Assembly (NCBI GenBank): GCA_963813155.1
Contig: CAWEYG010000001.1
Span: 640,001-704,000, forward strand
Source: an uncultured Acidobacteriota bacterium
GTDB taxonomy: Bacteria; Acidobacteriota; Thermoanaerobaculia; UBA5066; DATFVB01
Length of the DNA stretch: 64,000 bases
Reading direction: 5' to 3'
Of the stretch, positions 10,300 through 19,897 are shown piece by piece (position 1 is the first letter of the stretch; every line of letters starts with the position of its first letter). Both the position numbers and the translations under genes were made by a program. The notes beneath the pieces are model-generated. The model was given only the letters and a program-made list of their open reading frames with translations, searched no databases and was not told the origin of the DNA.

Positions 10300-11449
10300 A
10301 TGCGCCGAAGTCTCCTGTTCTTTCTTGCCCTTTCTCTCGCGTGCCAGCCCGGCCGTCCCTCGCGAGAAGGGATTCCGGTCGGCTTCTACGGCGCGCTCAC
10401 CGGATCGACGGCCACGTTCGGCCAGTCGGGAAAGAAGGGAGTCTCTCTCGCGCTCGACGAGATCAACGCCCGGGGAGGCGTCCTGGGAAAACCCCTTTCC
10501 CTGAAAATCGAGGACGACCGAGGAGAGCCGGCCGAGGCCGCCTCTTCGGTGACGAAGCTGATCTCGCGCGACCACGTCGTCGCTCTCATCGGCGAAGCGG
10601 CTTCCTCCCGCACCCTGGCGGCGGCCCCGATCGCGCAGTCGAGCGAGGTCCCCATGGTCACGCCTTCGTCGACGAATCCCCAGGTCACCCGGGTCGGGAC
10701 CTACGTTTTCCGCGTGTGCTTCACCGACGACTTTCAGGGCGAGATGCTCGCCCGTTTCGCGGCGGAATCCCTCCGGGCGAAAACGGCCGCCTTTCTCGTC
10801 GACGTTCGGAGCGACTACAGCGTCGGGCTCGCGGAGGCCTTCCGGAGGGCGTTTTCCCGGGCCGGGGGACGCGTCGTCGGCCGAGCAGCGATATTCGGAG
10901 GGCGACACCGATTTTTCCGCGCAGCTGACGCAGATCCGGAGCGCGGCGCCCGACGTCGTCTTCGTTCCGGGTTATTACACCGAAGTCGGCCTCGTCGCGC
11001 GGCAGAAACAATCGCTCGGCGTCGGGGGCGTGCTGCTCGGGGGAGACGGATGGGATTCTCCGCGGCTGACCGAGATCGCGGGGGCGGCCGCCGACGGCGC
11101 CTACTTTTCCAACCACTACTCGCCGCAGGACCCTTCGCCCGCGACGGCCCGATTCGTCTCCGCGTACCTCGCGCGCTACGGAGAGCTTCCCGACTCCGTC
11201 GCGGCGCTCTCCTACGACGCGGGCAAGCTCGTCGCGGAGGCGATCCGGCGGGCGGGAGAAGCTTCCGGGCCGCGGATCCGCGAGGCGCTCGCCGCGACTC
11301 GAGACTTCCCCGGGGTGACGGGCAACCTCACGTTCGACCTCGACCGCAACCCGGTCAAGTCGATCACGATCCTGAAAATCGAAGGTAGTCGCTACCGGTT
11401 CGTCGAGAAAATCGAACCGAACCGCCCGGCCATTCGCTCCGGCCGCTAA
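10300..11449 (+). CDS. Branched-chain amino acid ABC substrate-binding lipoprotein, LivK-like (indel near 10885)
   Basis: Lipobox LAC, GALTGSTATFG, FRVCFTDDFQG, LGGDGWDSP, ALSYDA. Confidence 0.88.
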
Positions 11450-11450
11450 T

Positions 11451-11503
11451 CCTCCTCGACCCTCGGCCGCAGTTCGCTTTCCCTCGGGATCTCGGAGGCC
11501 AGC
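11451..11503 (-). repeat. REP-like hairpin, family B copy 2
   Basis: Reverse-complement match to 1203-1256 with compensatory stem changes. Confidence 0.85.
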
Positions 11504-11519
11504 GCCCGCAGCTCAGGCC

Positions 11520-12176
11520 TCAAGGTTTTCTGCTGTCGGTCGACGTGTCCCTCGGCTCGAGCAAGAGCTCGTCGAAGCCCACAACCGACGCTCCCTCGGC
11601 CAGCATCCCCGCGGCTCCCGGAGCGGGACCGGGGTCCGTCGCTTCGAGCGCGGTTTTTCCCGAGACCGTCACCGCGACGCGCGGGCCGGAGAGGTCGACG
11701 CCGATCGTTCTCCAGAGCGGCTCGTCGGACGTCACGCTTCCCGAAGCGAGAGTCCGGGCTCGCCCTTTTTCGACCCGGATGACGGCGACGCTCGACCCGC
11801 GCAGGTCGTAGACGACGCCGAGAAAGTTCTCCGGGTTCCGATACCGCACCGCGAGCCCCGCCCGGCAGGGGCTGCACGAAGCCTCCTTCCGCACCGAGAC
11901 GGCGACCCGGCCGTCGAGAAAGTCTCCGGCCTCGGTCGAGAGCGCGAACCGGTATTGCCCCTCGGCTCCCGAAGAGCCCGTCTGGATCGCGACGTTCTCG
12001 AGAGTGACCGCTCGCGGGTCCGGGATCGCCTTCCAGGTCGACGCCGGGAGGCCCGGGGTCGATTCGTACCGGAGAAATGAGGGCGGAGACCCCGCGCGGT
12101 CGGCGTCGAAGTGGAGGCGAATCGAGGGGCTCGCCAGCGACAGAAATCCGGCAGCGACAATCCCGAAAATATTCAT
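11520..12176 (-). CDS. Hypothetical secreted protein (possible ConA/LamG-like beta sandwich)
   Basis: Signal-peptide-like N-terminus; beta-rich AGLAVRYRNPENF...W...GAAG...FDEL pattern. The fold is an inference. Confidence 0.6.
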   Translation of the reverse strand: MNIFGIVAAGFLSLASPSIRLHFDADRAGSPPSFLRYESTPGLPASTWKAIPDPRAVTLENVAIQTGSSGAEGQYRFALSTEAGDFLDGRVAVSVRKEASCSPCRAGLAVRYRNPENFLGVVYDLRGSSVAVIRVEKGRARTLASGSVTSDEPLWRTIGVDLSGPRVAVTVSGKTALEATDPGPAPGAAGMLAEGASVVGFDELLLEPRDTSTDSRKP

Positions 12177-12185
12177 GCATCCCTC

Positions 12186-12470
12186 CTAAAACGACAGAAT
12201 CGAGAACACGGTGTTTCCACAGGCCAGGAATGACTGTCGCGAATACGGATCGACGACGATCCGGACGTCCGCCGGAGCCGGCAGGTTCTCCGCGAGCGAC
12301 TCCGCCCAGCGAGAGGCCTGCGAATCGAAGAACTCCGCGACGAGCGTCTCGTCGCTCTTTCCTCGGGCTCCCGCCAGCTCCCGGAGTTTCGCGACGTCGG
12401 AAGGAGTCAGATGAAAGTGGTAGCCGCCGCAATCCCGTTCGGCCGGAACGGCGTTTGTCGTCGACATCAT
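12186..12470 (-). CDS. Hypothetical protein (~94 aa)
   Basis: ATG overlaps the acyl-CoA dehydrogenase stop, with GGAGG RBS; coding-like codon usage. Confidence 0.65.
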   Translation of the reverse strand: MMSTTNAVPAERDCGGYHFHLTPSDVAKLRELAGARGKSDETLVAEFFDSQASRWAESLAENLPAPADVRIVVDPYSRQSFLACGNTVFSILSF

Positions 12471-13615
12471 TCCTCCGCCAGGAGCTTCTTGGAGATCACC
12501 ATCCGCTGGATCTCGGAGGTCCCCTCGTAGATCGTCGTCACGCGCGCGTCGCGATAATAACGCTCGACCGCGTACTCCTTCGAATACCCGTATCCTCCGA
12601 AGATCTGGCACGCGCGGGCGCACACCGCGTTGCACATCTCCGAGGAAAACACCTTGGCCATTGAGGACTCCTTCGAAAATTTTCCCCCGTCGTGCTCGGA
12701 GATCCACGCCGCCCGGTGCGTCAGCAGCTCGGCCGCGTCGATCTGGACCTTCATGTCGGCGATCTGGAACGCGACCGCCTGGTGCTCGAAGAGAGGCACG
12801 CCGAACGTCCGGCGGGTGCGCGCGTGCTCGACGGAGTCTTCGAACGCGGCGCGCGCGATTCCGAGCGCCTGCGCCGCAATGCCGATGCGCGAATGGTCGA
12901 GCGTCGTCATCGCGATCTTGAACCCTTCGCCTTCGGCCCCGAGGCGGCGCGACTCCGGGATCTCCACGTTTTCCAGGAAGATGGACGCCGTTCGCGATCC
13001 GTGGAGACCCATCTTCTCTTCGTTCTTTCCGATCTGGAGCCCGGCGTCGGAGTCGCGCACGAGAAACGCCGTGATTCCCCGGGTGCCCGCCGAAGGGTCG
13101 GTCATCGCCATCACGACGTACCAGCGCGCGACGCCGGCGTTCGTGATCCAGGATTTCGAACCGTTCAGGACGTAAGAGCCGCCCTTCCGCTCCGCTCTCG
13201 TCTTCTGATTCGCCGCGTCGGAACCGGATTGAGGCTCTGTCAGCGCGTAGGCGCCCAGGCATTCGCCGGAGGCCAGTTCGCGCAGGATCGTCGTCTTCTG
13301 TTCTTCCGAGCCGAACTTCCAGATCGGGTAGCACGCGACCGAGTTGGTCACGCTCATGATCACGGCCACCGAAGCGTCGATTCGCGCGACCTCCTCGATC
13401 GCCAGGAGATACGAAAGCACGTCGAAGCCCGCGCCGCCAAATTCCGGCGGGATGAACATCCCCAGAAAGCCGAGCTCACCCATCTTCCGAACGAGGTCCG
13501 CGGGAAATTCGTGGGCGGTCTCGCGGCGTGCGATTCCCGGAGCGATTTCCTTCTCCGCGAAAGCGCGCGCCATCGCGCGCACGGACTCCTGCTCTTCGCT
13601 CGGCCGAAAATTCAT
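12467..13615 (-). CDS. Acyl-CoA dehydrogenase
   Basis: ALTEPQSGSDA, GSKSWITN, QIFGGYGY, RDARVTTIYEGTSEIQR. Confidence 0.95.
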   Translation of the reverse strand: MNFRPSEEQESVRAMARAFAEKEIAPGIARRETAHEFPADLVRKMGELGFLGMFIPPEFGGAGFDVLSYLLAIEEVARIDASVAVIMSVTNSVACYPIWKFGSEEQKTTILRELASGECLGAYALTEPQSGSDAANQKTRAERKGGSYVLNGSKSWITNAGVARWYVVMAMTDPSAGTRGITAFLVRDSDAGLQIGKNEEKMGLHGSRTASIFLENVEIPESRRLGAEGEGFKIAMTTLDHSRIGIAAQALGIARAAFEDSVEHARTRRTFGVPLFEHQAVAFQIADMKVQIDAAELLTHRAAWISEHDGGKFSKESSMAKVFSSEMCNAVCARACQIFGGYGYSKEYAVERYYRDARVTTIYEGTSEIQRMVISKKLLAEE

Positions 13616-14259
13616 GCCGTCGGCGGTCCCGCCGGGCCCCGGCGGCGCCCGCGACGGCGCCGGAATCGCCGCCGCTTTCCGGCGGGCGCGCTGCCGGGCT
13701 GCGCCGCCGGCCCCGGCCCGGGCGTACCTGGACCGGGCGGACCCTGCCCGGGCGGTCGTCCCGGCGGCGCGGGACGAGGGGGCGGAGGCGGCTGCCCTCC
13801 CCGCCTGCCGGAAGGCCCCGGGGGTCCGCCCGGCCGCGGAGGGGGCCCGGACCGCGGCTTCGGCTTCCGAGGCTCCGGCTTCCGGGGTTCCGGCGTATCG
13901 ACCCACCCGTCTTCCAGATGGCGAAACGTGACGTCGATCACGGGCCGGTCGGAGCGCCGCCGCAGAAAGTCGACGACCTGCGCCCGGATGGGAGCCTGCG
14001 CGTCGTCGATGATCGCCGGGATCCTCTCGGCGTCGTACAGCACCATTCGCGTCCACCGAATGCGCTTCTCCCCGCCCGCTACCGTCCCGTAGACCATGAC
14101 GAAGGTGTCGTGCTCATGGTCGAGCAGGTACTCCCGAAATTCGAGGTCGGGCAGCGCTTCCGCGATCAGACCCTGGAGGAGCGCCAGATGCTTCTCCCCT
14201 TTCTCGAAGGTCTGCTCCATCGACACGACGCGATCCCGGAACATTTTCGTGCTGGGCAT
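13612..14259 (-). CDS. Hypothetical protein with Pro/Gly/Arg-rich disordered C-terminal tail
   Basis: 215 aa with RBS and a stop overlapping the next gene; globular-looking N-terminal ~120 aa. Confidence 0.75.
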   Translation of the reverse strand: MPSTKMFRDRVVSMEQTFEKGEKHLALLQGLIAEALPDLEFREYLLDHEHDTFVMVYGTVAGGEKRIRWTRMVLYDAERIPAIIDDAQAPIRAQVVDFLRRRSDRPVIDVTFRHLEDGWVDTPEPRKPEPRKPKPRSGPPPRPGGPPGPSGRRGGQPPPPPRPAPPGRPPGQGPPGPGTPGPGPAAQPGSAPAGKRRRFRRRRGRRRGPAGPPTA

Positions 14260-14275
14260 CGTTCGTACTCCTGAT

Positions 14276-15431
14276 CTACTTCCCGAAGATCTCGCGGGCG
14301 ATCACGACCCGCTGAATTTCACTGGTTCCCTCGTAGATCTCGGTGATCCGCGCGTCCCGAAAATTTCGCTCGACAGGGAACTCTTTCGTGTAGCCGTAAC
14401 CGCCGTGGATCTGAAGGGCCTTCGTCGAGACCCGCTGCGCCATCTCTGCGGCGTACAGCTTCGCGATCGCGGCCTCCTCGGTAAACCGCCCGCCCTTTTC
14501 CGCGGCTTCGTCCTTCCGGGCGGCGGCGCGCCAGGTCAGCAGGCGCGCGGCGTCGATCTCCGTCGCCATGTCCGCAAGGTAGAAGCGCAGGACCTGGAAT
14601 TCCGAGATCGCATGGCCGAAGACGCTGCGCTGGCGGGCATACTTCCGGGCGGCCTCGAAGGCGCTCCTTGCGATCCCCACCGCCTGGGCGGCGATGCCGA
14701 TGCGCCCGCCGTCGAGGGTGGTCATCGCGATCTTGAAACCGTCTCCTTCCGCCCCGAGGAGATTCCCGGCGGGCACCTCCACGTCGTTCAAGAAGATCTC
14801 GACGGTCCCCGAGGCGTTGACCCCGAGTTTCACCTGATGTCGCGAGCGGTCGAAGCCCCGGCTGCCCGTGTCCACGAGGAACGCGGAGATGCCGCGGTGC
14901 TTCCGGGCCGCGGTCGGTGGCCGCGAACACGATCGCGACGTCGGCTTCTCCCCCGCACGTGATGAAGATCTTCTCGCCCTGGAGCCGGTAGACGTCCCCG
15001 TCGCGAACCGCCCGGGTCTTCTGGTTCGCCGCATCGGAACCCGCCTCCGGCTCCGTCAGGGCGAAGCAGCCGAGCATCTCGCCGCGAGCGAGCGGAGCCA
15101 GGTAGCGCTTCTTCTGCTCGTCCGTTCCAAATTTCGCGATCGGGTCGCAAACCAGCGAGTTGTTGACGGAAAGGATCACTCCCATGTTCGCGCAGGCGCG
15201 CGAGATCTCCTCGACGACGATCGCGTACGCGAGCGTGTCCATCCCCGCCCCGCCGAGCTCCTCGGGCACCGCGACGCCCGCGAAGCCGAGCTCTCCCGCC
15301 TGGCGGAAGCATTTTCTCGGAAACTCGCCGGTCTGGTCGATTTCGGCCGCGAACGGAGCAACGGACGCTTCCGCAAAGTCGCGCGCCGCCTGCCTCACCA
15401 GCCGATGTTCTTCCGAAAGGTCGAAGTTCAT
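14276..15431 (-). CDS. Acyl-CoA dehydrogenase (indel near 14910)
   Basis: MNFDLSEEH, CFALTEPEAGSDA, QIHGGYGY, IYEGTSEIQR. Confidence 0.93.
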
Positions 15432-15874
15432 CGCGAGGGGAACCGCGCCCTTCTCTTCTCGAAGAACGCGTCGATCCCCTCCCGCTTGTCGGGAAGCGCG
15501 TTGAGCAGCGCGAACTCGGCGCGCTCGAGCGCGAGCGACGCCGCGCGCGAGGGAAAACTCATCCGCCGCGCGGCCGCGAAGCGGGCGGAGGGCGAAAGCG
15601 ACGCTTCCGAGAAGGACTTCTCGATCTGCTCCCGGGACCCGATTCCGTCGATCCATCCCTCTTCGAAGGCGGATTCGGCCGGAATTTCCGGCGACAGGGC
15701 GAGCCGGTACGGCAGCCGCCTCACGCCGCGGCGGGCCAGGCGCGAAACGGACGCGGCCGATTCGCCCTCGCGCAGGACCAGGACCGTCTCCGGGGCCGCG
15801 AAGATCAGGTCGCAGTCCAGGGCGGCGTCGAGCGACTCCGGCGAAATGCGTCCGGCGAGAAATGCGTATTCCAT
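15428..15874 (-). CDS. Short, degenerate enoyl-CoA hydratase/crotonase-like protein
   Basis: LDCDLIFA, IPAESAFEEGWID and DKREGIDAFFEKRRARF are crotonase segments; the N-terminal oxyanion region is missing. Confidence 0.6.
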   Translation of the reverse strand: MEYAFLAGRISPESLDAALDCDLIFAAPETVLVLREGESAASVSRLARRGVRRLPYRLALSPEIPAESAFEEGWIDGIGSREQIEKSFSEASLSPSARFAAARRMSFPSRAASLALERAEFALLNALPDKREGIDAFFEKRRARFPSR

Positions 15875-15969
15875 GGGCCTCGGATCGTAACAGATGACGC
15901 CGTTGCACCATTGCGTGCGTCCGGGCGCTCCATTCGGAGAGAACCTTCGAGTCTCTTGAACGGCGGCTT

Positions 15970-16635
15970 CTAGGGCTTCTGCTCTTTCGGAGCCTCCGGG
16001 GGGGCAAGAGAAGCCTGGGCCATCGCCTCGAATTTTGAGTCGAGATCCCTCGGATCGTCGGGTTCCTGCTCCGACTCGGAGATCATCTGAAGCTCCACCC
16101 GAAAGGGCTTTCCGATTGCCTTCGGTGCGGCGTCCTTGTCATAGACGAAACTGAATATCGGAGGTTTGACGGAGCCGGCGTGCGGGCTCATCGGCCCCGC
16201 CGTCCCGGAGCTGGACATCTCGGGCCCGCCGCCGCCCCCCGCGGAGAAAGAATCGACGCGCGTCACGTCGGTCTTGTTGCCACTCTGGCCCTTTCCCCGT
16301 TCGATCGAGGAAGGGGGTCCAAGAACGATGACGACTTTTCCGCGCAGCGTTTCCGAGCCCTTCGTCTTTCCCGAGGAGAAATACTTGTCCGCGATAGCGG
16401 CGCGCTCTGCCAGCATCTTGTCGAAATTCGGCCCGCGCTTCGCCTTGTAATCGGCGATGAATGTTTCCGCGTCCGCGTCGGTCTTGAGGTCCTTAAATTG
16501 CGACCTCTCCGACTCGGTCAAAAAGTACGCCTCCGGCGACTTCTCCCAGGTTTTGTACTTCTTCGACAGCCCCGCGCCAAAAGCGAGCGGGATCGCGGAC
16601 ACAACGAGAAGGAATGCGAGAATCAGACTCTTCAT
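15970..16635 (-). CDS. Secreted GWxTD-like domain protein, paralog 1
   Basis: Signal peptide; YKTW...YFLT..ER...KTDADA..F...RAAIADKYF..G..GSETLRGKVVIVLGPP matches the GWxTD domain layout. Confidence 0.8.
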   Translation of the reverse strand: MKSLILAFLLVVSAIPLAFGAGLSKKYKTWEKSPEAYFLTESERSQFKDLKTDADAETFIADYKAKRGPNFDKMLAERAAIADKYFSSGKTKGSETLRGKVVIVLGPPSSIERGKGQSGNKTDVTRVDSFSAGGGGGPEMSSSGTAGPMSPHAGSVKPPIFSFVYDKDAAPKAIGKPFRVELQMISESEQEPDDPRDLDSKFEAMAQASLAPPEAPKEQKP

Positions 16636-16656
16636 GTTCGGCCTCCGAGAGTGAGT

Positions 16657-17313
16657 TTACTTCGGATTCGCGCTCTCCGGAGGCAGGATCGACGCCTCCG
16701 CCATCGCCTCGAATTTCTGGTCGAGCCCCTGCGGGTCTTCCGGCTCCTGATCGGCTTCCGTGAAGAGTTTCAATTCCACCCGGAAGGCCTTTCCGATCGC
16801 TTTCGGCGCCGCTTCCTTGTTGTAGACGAACGTGAACATCGGAGCCTGTGCGGCGTTCGCGTGCGGGCTCATCGGCCCCGCCGTTCCGGAGCTGGACATC
16901 GCGACCCCGCCGTTGCCGCTCGAGAAGTTGTCCACGCGCGTCGCGTCGGTCTTGTTGCCCGCGTCGCCCTTTCCCCTCTCGATCGACGAGGGAGGCCCGA
17001 AGACGATGACGACCTTGCCGCGCAGCGTTTCGGAGCCCTTCGTCTCGCCCGAGGAAAAATACTTGTCCGCGATCGCGATCCGTTCGGCGAGCATCTTCTC
17101 GAAGTCGGGACCGCGTTTGGCTTTGTAGTCGAGAACGAAATTCTGGGCGTCCGCGTCGGTCTTGACCTTCTTCCACTGGTCCCGTTCGGAGGTCGTCAGG
17201 AAGTAGGACTCCGGCGACTTGTCCCAGGTTTTGTATTTCTTCGACAAGCCCGAGCCGAAGACGAGCGAAGCCGCGGAAAGAATCAGAACGAGCGCGATAA
17301 TCGTTTTTTTCAT
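16657..17313 (-). CDS. Secreted GWxTD-like domain protein, paralog 2
   Basis: Same motifs as paralog 1; ATG at 17313. Confidence 0.8.
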   Translation of the reverse strand: MKKTIIALVLILSAASLVFGSGLSKKYKTWDKSPESYFLTTSERDQWKKVKTDADAQNFVLDYKAKRGPDFEKMLAERIAIADKYFSSGETKGSETLRGKVVIVFGPPSSIERGKGDAGNKTDATRVDNFSSGNGGVAMSSSGTAGPMSPHANAAQAPMFTFVYNKEAAPKAIGKAFRVELKLFTEADQEPEDPQGLDQKFEAMAEASILPPESANPK

Positions 17314-17334
17314 TTTCAACCTCTGGCGTAGAGC

Positions 17335-18003
17335 TTACTTCGAGTTCGGTGTTGTCTGCGCGGCAACAGAGGCCTGAGCCACGGCTTCGATCTTCGCGTC
17401 GAAGTCGCGGGGATCCGCCGGCTCCTGGTCCGCTTCGGAGTACATTTTCAATTCCACCCGAAAGGCCTTTCCGAGAACGCTCGGGGCGTGTTCCGCGTCA
17501 TAGACGAACGTGAACGTCGGAGTCTGCACCGCGGCCGCATGCGGACCCGCAGGCGAGGCCGTTCCCGCCGACGAGATCGTCGGCTGCGAGTCCCGGCCGT
17601 TGTCGCTGGAAACCGCCTGGATCGCCGTCACGTCCGCCTTCGCGGCGCCTTTCGGCGCCGCGTCCCGCTCGATCGACGAGGGCGGTCCGAAAACGATGAC
17701 GACCTTGCCGCGCAGCGTTTCGGAGCCCTTCGTCTCGCCCGATGAGAAATACTTGTCCGCGACCGAGATCCGCTCGGCCAGCATCTTCTCGAAATCCGGG
17801 CCGCGCCTGGCTTTGTAGTCGAGAACGAAGTTCTGAGCCTCCGCGTCTGTCTTGACCTTCTTCCACTGGTCCCGTTCGGAGCTCGTCAGGAAGTAGGCCT
17901 CCGGCGACCTGTCCCAGGCCCTGTACTTCTTCGAAAGCCCCGCGCCGAAAGCGGGCCCGAACACCGACACCGTCAGCAGAAATCCAAGAATCGGTTTCCT
18001 CAT
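17335..18003 (-). CDS. Secreted GWxTD-like domain protein, paralog 3
   Basis: Same motifs; ATG at 18003 with GGAGG RBS. Confidence 0.8.
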   Translation of the reverse strand: MRKPILGFLLTVSVFGPAFGAGLSKKYRAWDRSPEAYFLTSSERDQWKKVKTDAEAQNFVLDYKARRGPDFEKMLAERISVADKYFSSGETKGSETLRGKVVIVFGPPSSIERDAAPKGAAKADVTAIQAVSSDNGRDSQPTISSAGTASPAGPHAAAVQTPTFTFVYDAEHAPSVLGKAFRVELKMYSEADQEPADPRDFDAKIEAVAQASVAAQTTPNSK

Positions 18004-18024
18004 TTCCAGCCTCCTCAAGAGCGC

Positions 18025-18681
18025 TTATTTCGGGTTGGGACTCTCCGAAGCGGTCATCGAGGCCTGAGCCACGGCTTCGAGCTTCGAGTCGAAGTCGCGG
18101 GGGTCCGCCGGCTCCTGATCCGCTTCGGAGTACATCTTCAGCTCCGCCCGAAAGGCCTTTCCGATCGCCTTCGGTGCGTGCTCCTCGTCGTAGATGAACG
18201 TGAAGACAGGAGTCTGCGCGCCGCTCGAGTGCGGGCCCATCGGCGAAGGCGCTCCTGAATTGGAGAGCGCGGAACCTTCGCCCTTGGCGTCGACGGAGTT
18301 GACGCGGCTGAGGTCGGCGTTCGCCTTACCGGCCTTGCGGGGCTCTTTCTCGATCGAAGAAGGAGGGCCGAAGACGATGATGACCTTGCCGCGCAGCGTC
18401 TCGGAGCCCTTCGTCTCGCCCGAAGAAAAATACTTGTCCGCGATCGCGATCCGGTCGGCGAGCATCTTCTCGAAGTCGGGGCCGCGCCGGGCCTTGTAGT
18501 CCAGGACGAAGTTCTGCGCGTCGGCGTCCGTCCTGACCCGCTTCCACCGGACGCGCTCGCCGTTCGTCAGGAAATACGCCTCCGGCGACTTGTCCCAGGT
18601 CTTGTACTTCTTCGACAGCCCGTCGCCGAAAACGGCCGAAGCGGCGAAGAGCAATGCGAGAGAAGCGAGCGTCTTTTTCAT
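18025..18681 (-). CDS. Secreted GWxTD-like domain protein, paralog 4
   Basis: Same motifs; AGGAGG RBS. Confidence 0.8.
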   Translation of the reverse strand: MKKTLASLALLFAASAVFGDGLSKKYKTWDKSPEAYFLTNGERVRWKRVRTDADAQNFVLDYKARRGPDFEKMLADRIAIADKYFSSGETKGSETLRGKVIIVFGPPSSIEKEPRKAGKANADLSRVNSVDAKGEGSALSNSGAPSPMGPHSSGAQTPVFTFIYDEEHAPKAIGKAFRAELKMYSEADQEPADPRDFDSKLEAVAQASMTASESPNPK

Positions 18682-19897
18682 GATTCCTCCTTTGGCACGA
18701 AGCGCAAGGAATCCCCTTGCATTGGACCAAAGAAGACGGTCAGGAGACTATCGAAATCCTGCTGTTTCCATCCCCTCCGGCGACGCGGCGTGATCCGGCG
18801 GGCGAACGCGTCGACCTCGGCGGCGTAGCCTTCCCAGGAATGGCGCCGGGCGAGCGCCGAAAGCGCGCTTTCGTAGCTCGCGACTCCGCGCCCGAGGACC
18901 CGGACGACCGCGCCGGCGAGCCGCGCGGCGTCGTTTTCCGGCACGAGCTCGCCCGAGGCGTCCGAGACGAATGGAGCGAACCCGGACAAGTCCGAGGCGA
19001 CGACCGGCCGTCGCGCCGCGATCGCTCGGGCGGCGATGCCGGAGCCCGAATTCTTGCGGTAGGGACAGACGACCACGTCGCAGGCGGCCAGCCAGAGATC
19101 CATTTCCTCTTCGGCCACGTAACGATCGACGAGGGTCACGTTCGAGGCGACGGGACGTTTCATGTATTGCTCCACGGATTCGCGCGAGTCGGGGAAAACC
19201 TCCCCCACGAGGGCGATGCGAGCGCCCGTCTCCGCGACGACGGTCGGGGCCGCGTCGAAGAGCACGTCGAGGCCCTTGTAGGGCCGGATCAAGCCGAGGA
19301 AGAGAACGAGCGGCCCGTCGACCCCGCAGCCGCCTTCGCGCCTCGTCCCGGTCGGGCCGCGGCCGCTCGTCGATCGGGTGCGGCAAGACGAGGATCGGCC
19401 GGTTGCCGAGGCGGCTCTCCAGGATCTCGCGGTCCTGCTCCGACTGCGCGATCGCCGCGTCGGCCGATTCCAGCCCGATGCCAGGCGAGTCTCTTCTTCC
19501 AGGGAACGCTCTCGTGGTCGAAGACGTGGTGGCAAAGGATCACGTTTCGAAACGACGGATCGATCCGGCGCGCTTCGCGGAAGACCCCGCGCAGCGGTAG
19601 AGCCCAGAACGCCGTCCACCACGGGGCGACGAGAGCGCTCGCGCCGCAGCCAACGGCCGCCGCTCCCGCCTTTTTCCAGGAGAGCGGATTCGCCCAGTCC
19701 AGAATCGGGTCCGCCCGCGGCGAGCCCTCAGCGTTTTCGAGCGTGTCGAAGCGCCGGGGATTCAGGAACCTCGGATACGCCCGAGAGTAGGAGAAAAAAC
19801 CCGCGAGACTTCCCCCGAGCGCCCTCGCGAGGAGGTGCGTCTGGTGGGCGATCCCGCCGCGATCCGGCGGCGCGGGCCCGAGAAGAGCGATGCTCAC
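18678..19897 (-). CDS. Glycosyltransferase family 4 (several indels; 3' end uncertain)
   Basis: GTG start SIALLGPAPPDRGGIAHQT, PWWTAFW, LFLGLIRPYKGLD, DVVVCPY..SGSG, PVVASD. Confidence 0.85.

Noticed and set aside
15970-18681. Paralog array as a diversity-generating retroelement or CRISPR-like array
   Set aside because: No reverse transcriptase or cas gene is present, differences are not adenine-specific, and the repeats are whole genes.
18691-18710. TGGCACG as a sigma-54 promoter for the GWxTD-like array
   Set aside because: No TTGC -12 element at the right spacing, and it is on the wrong strand.
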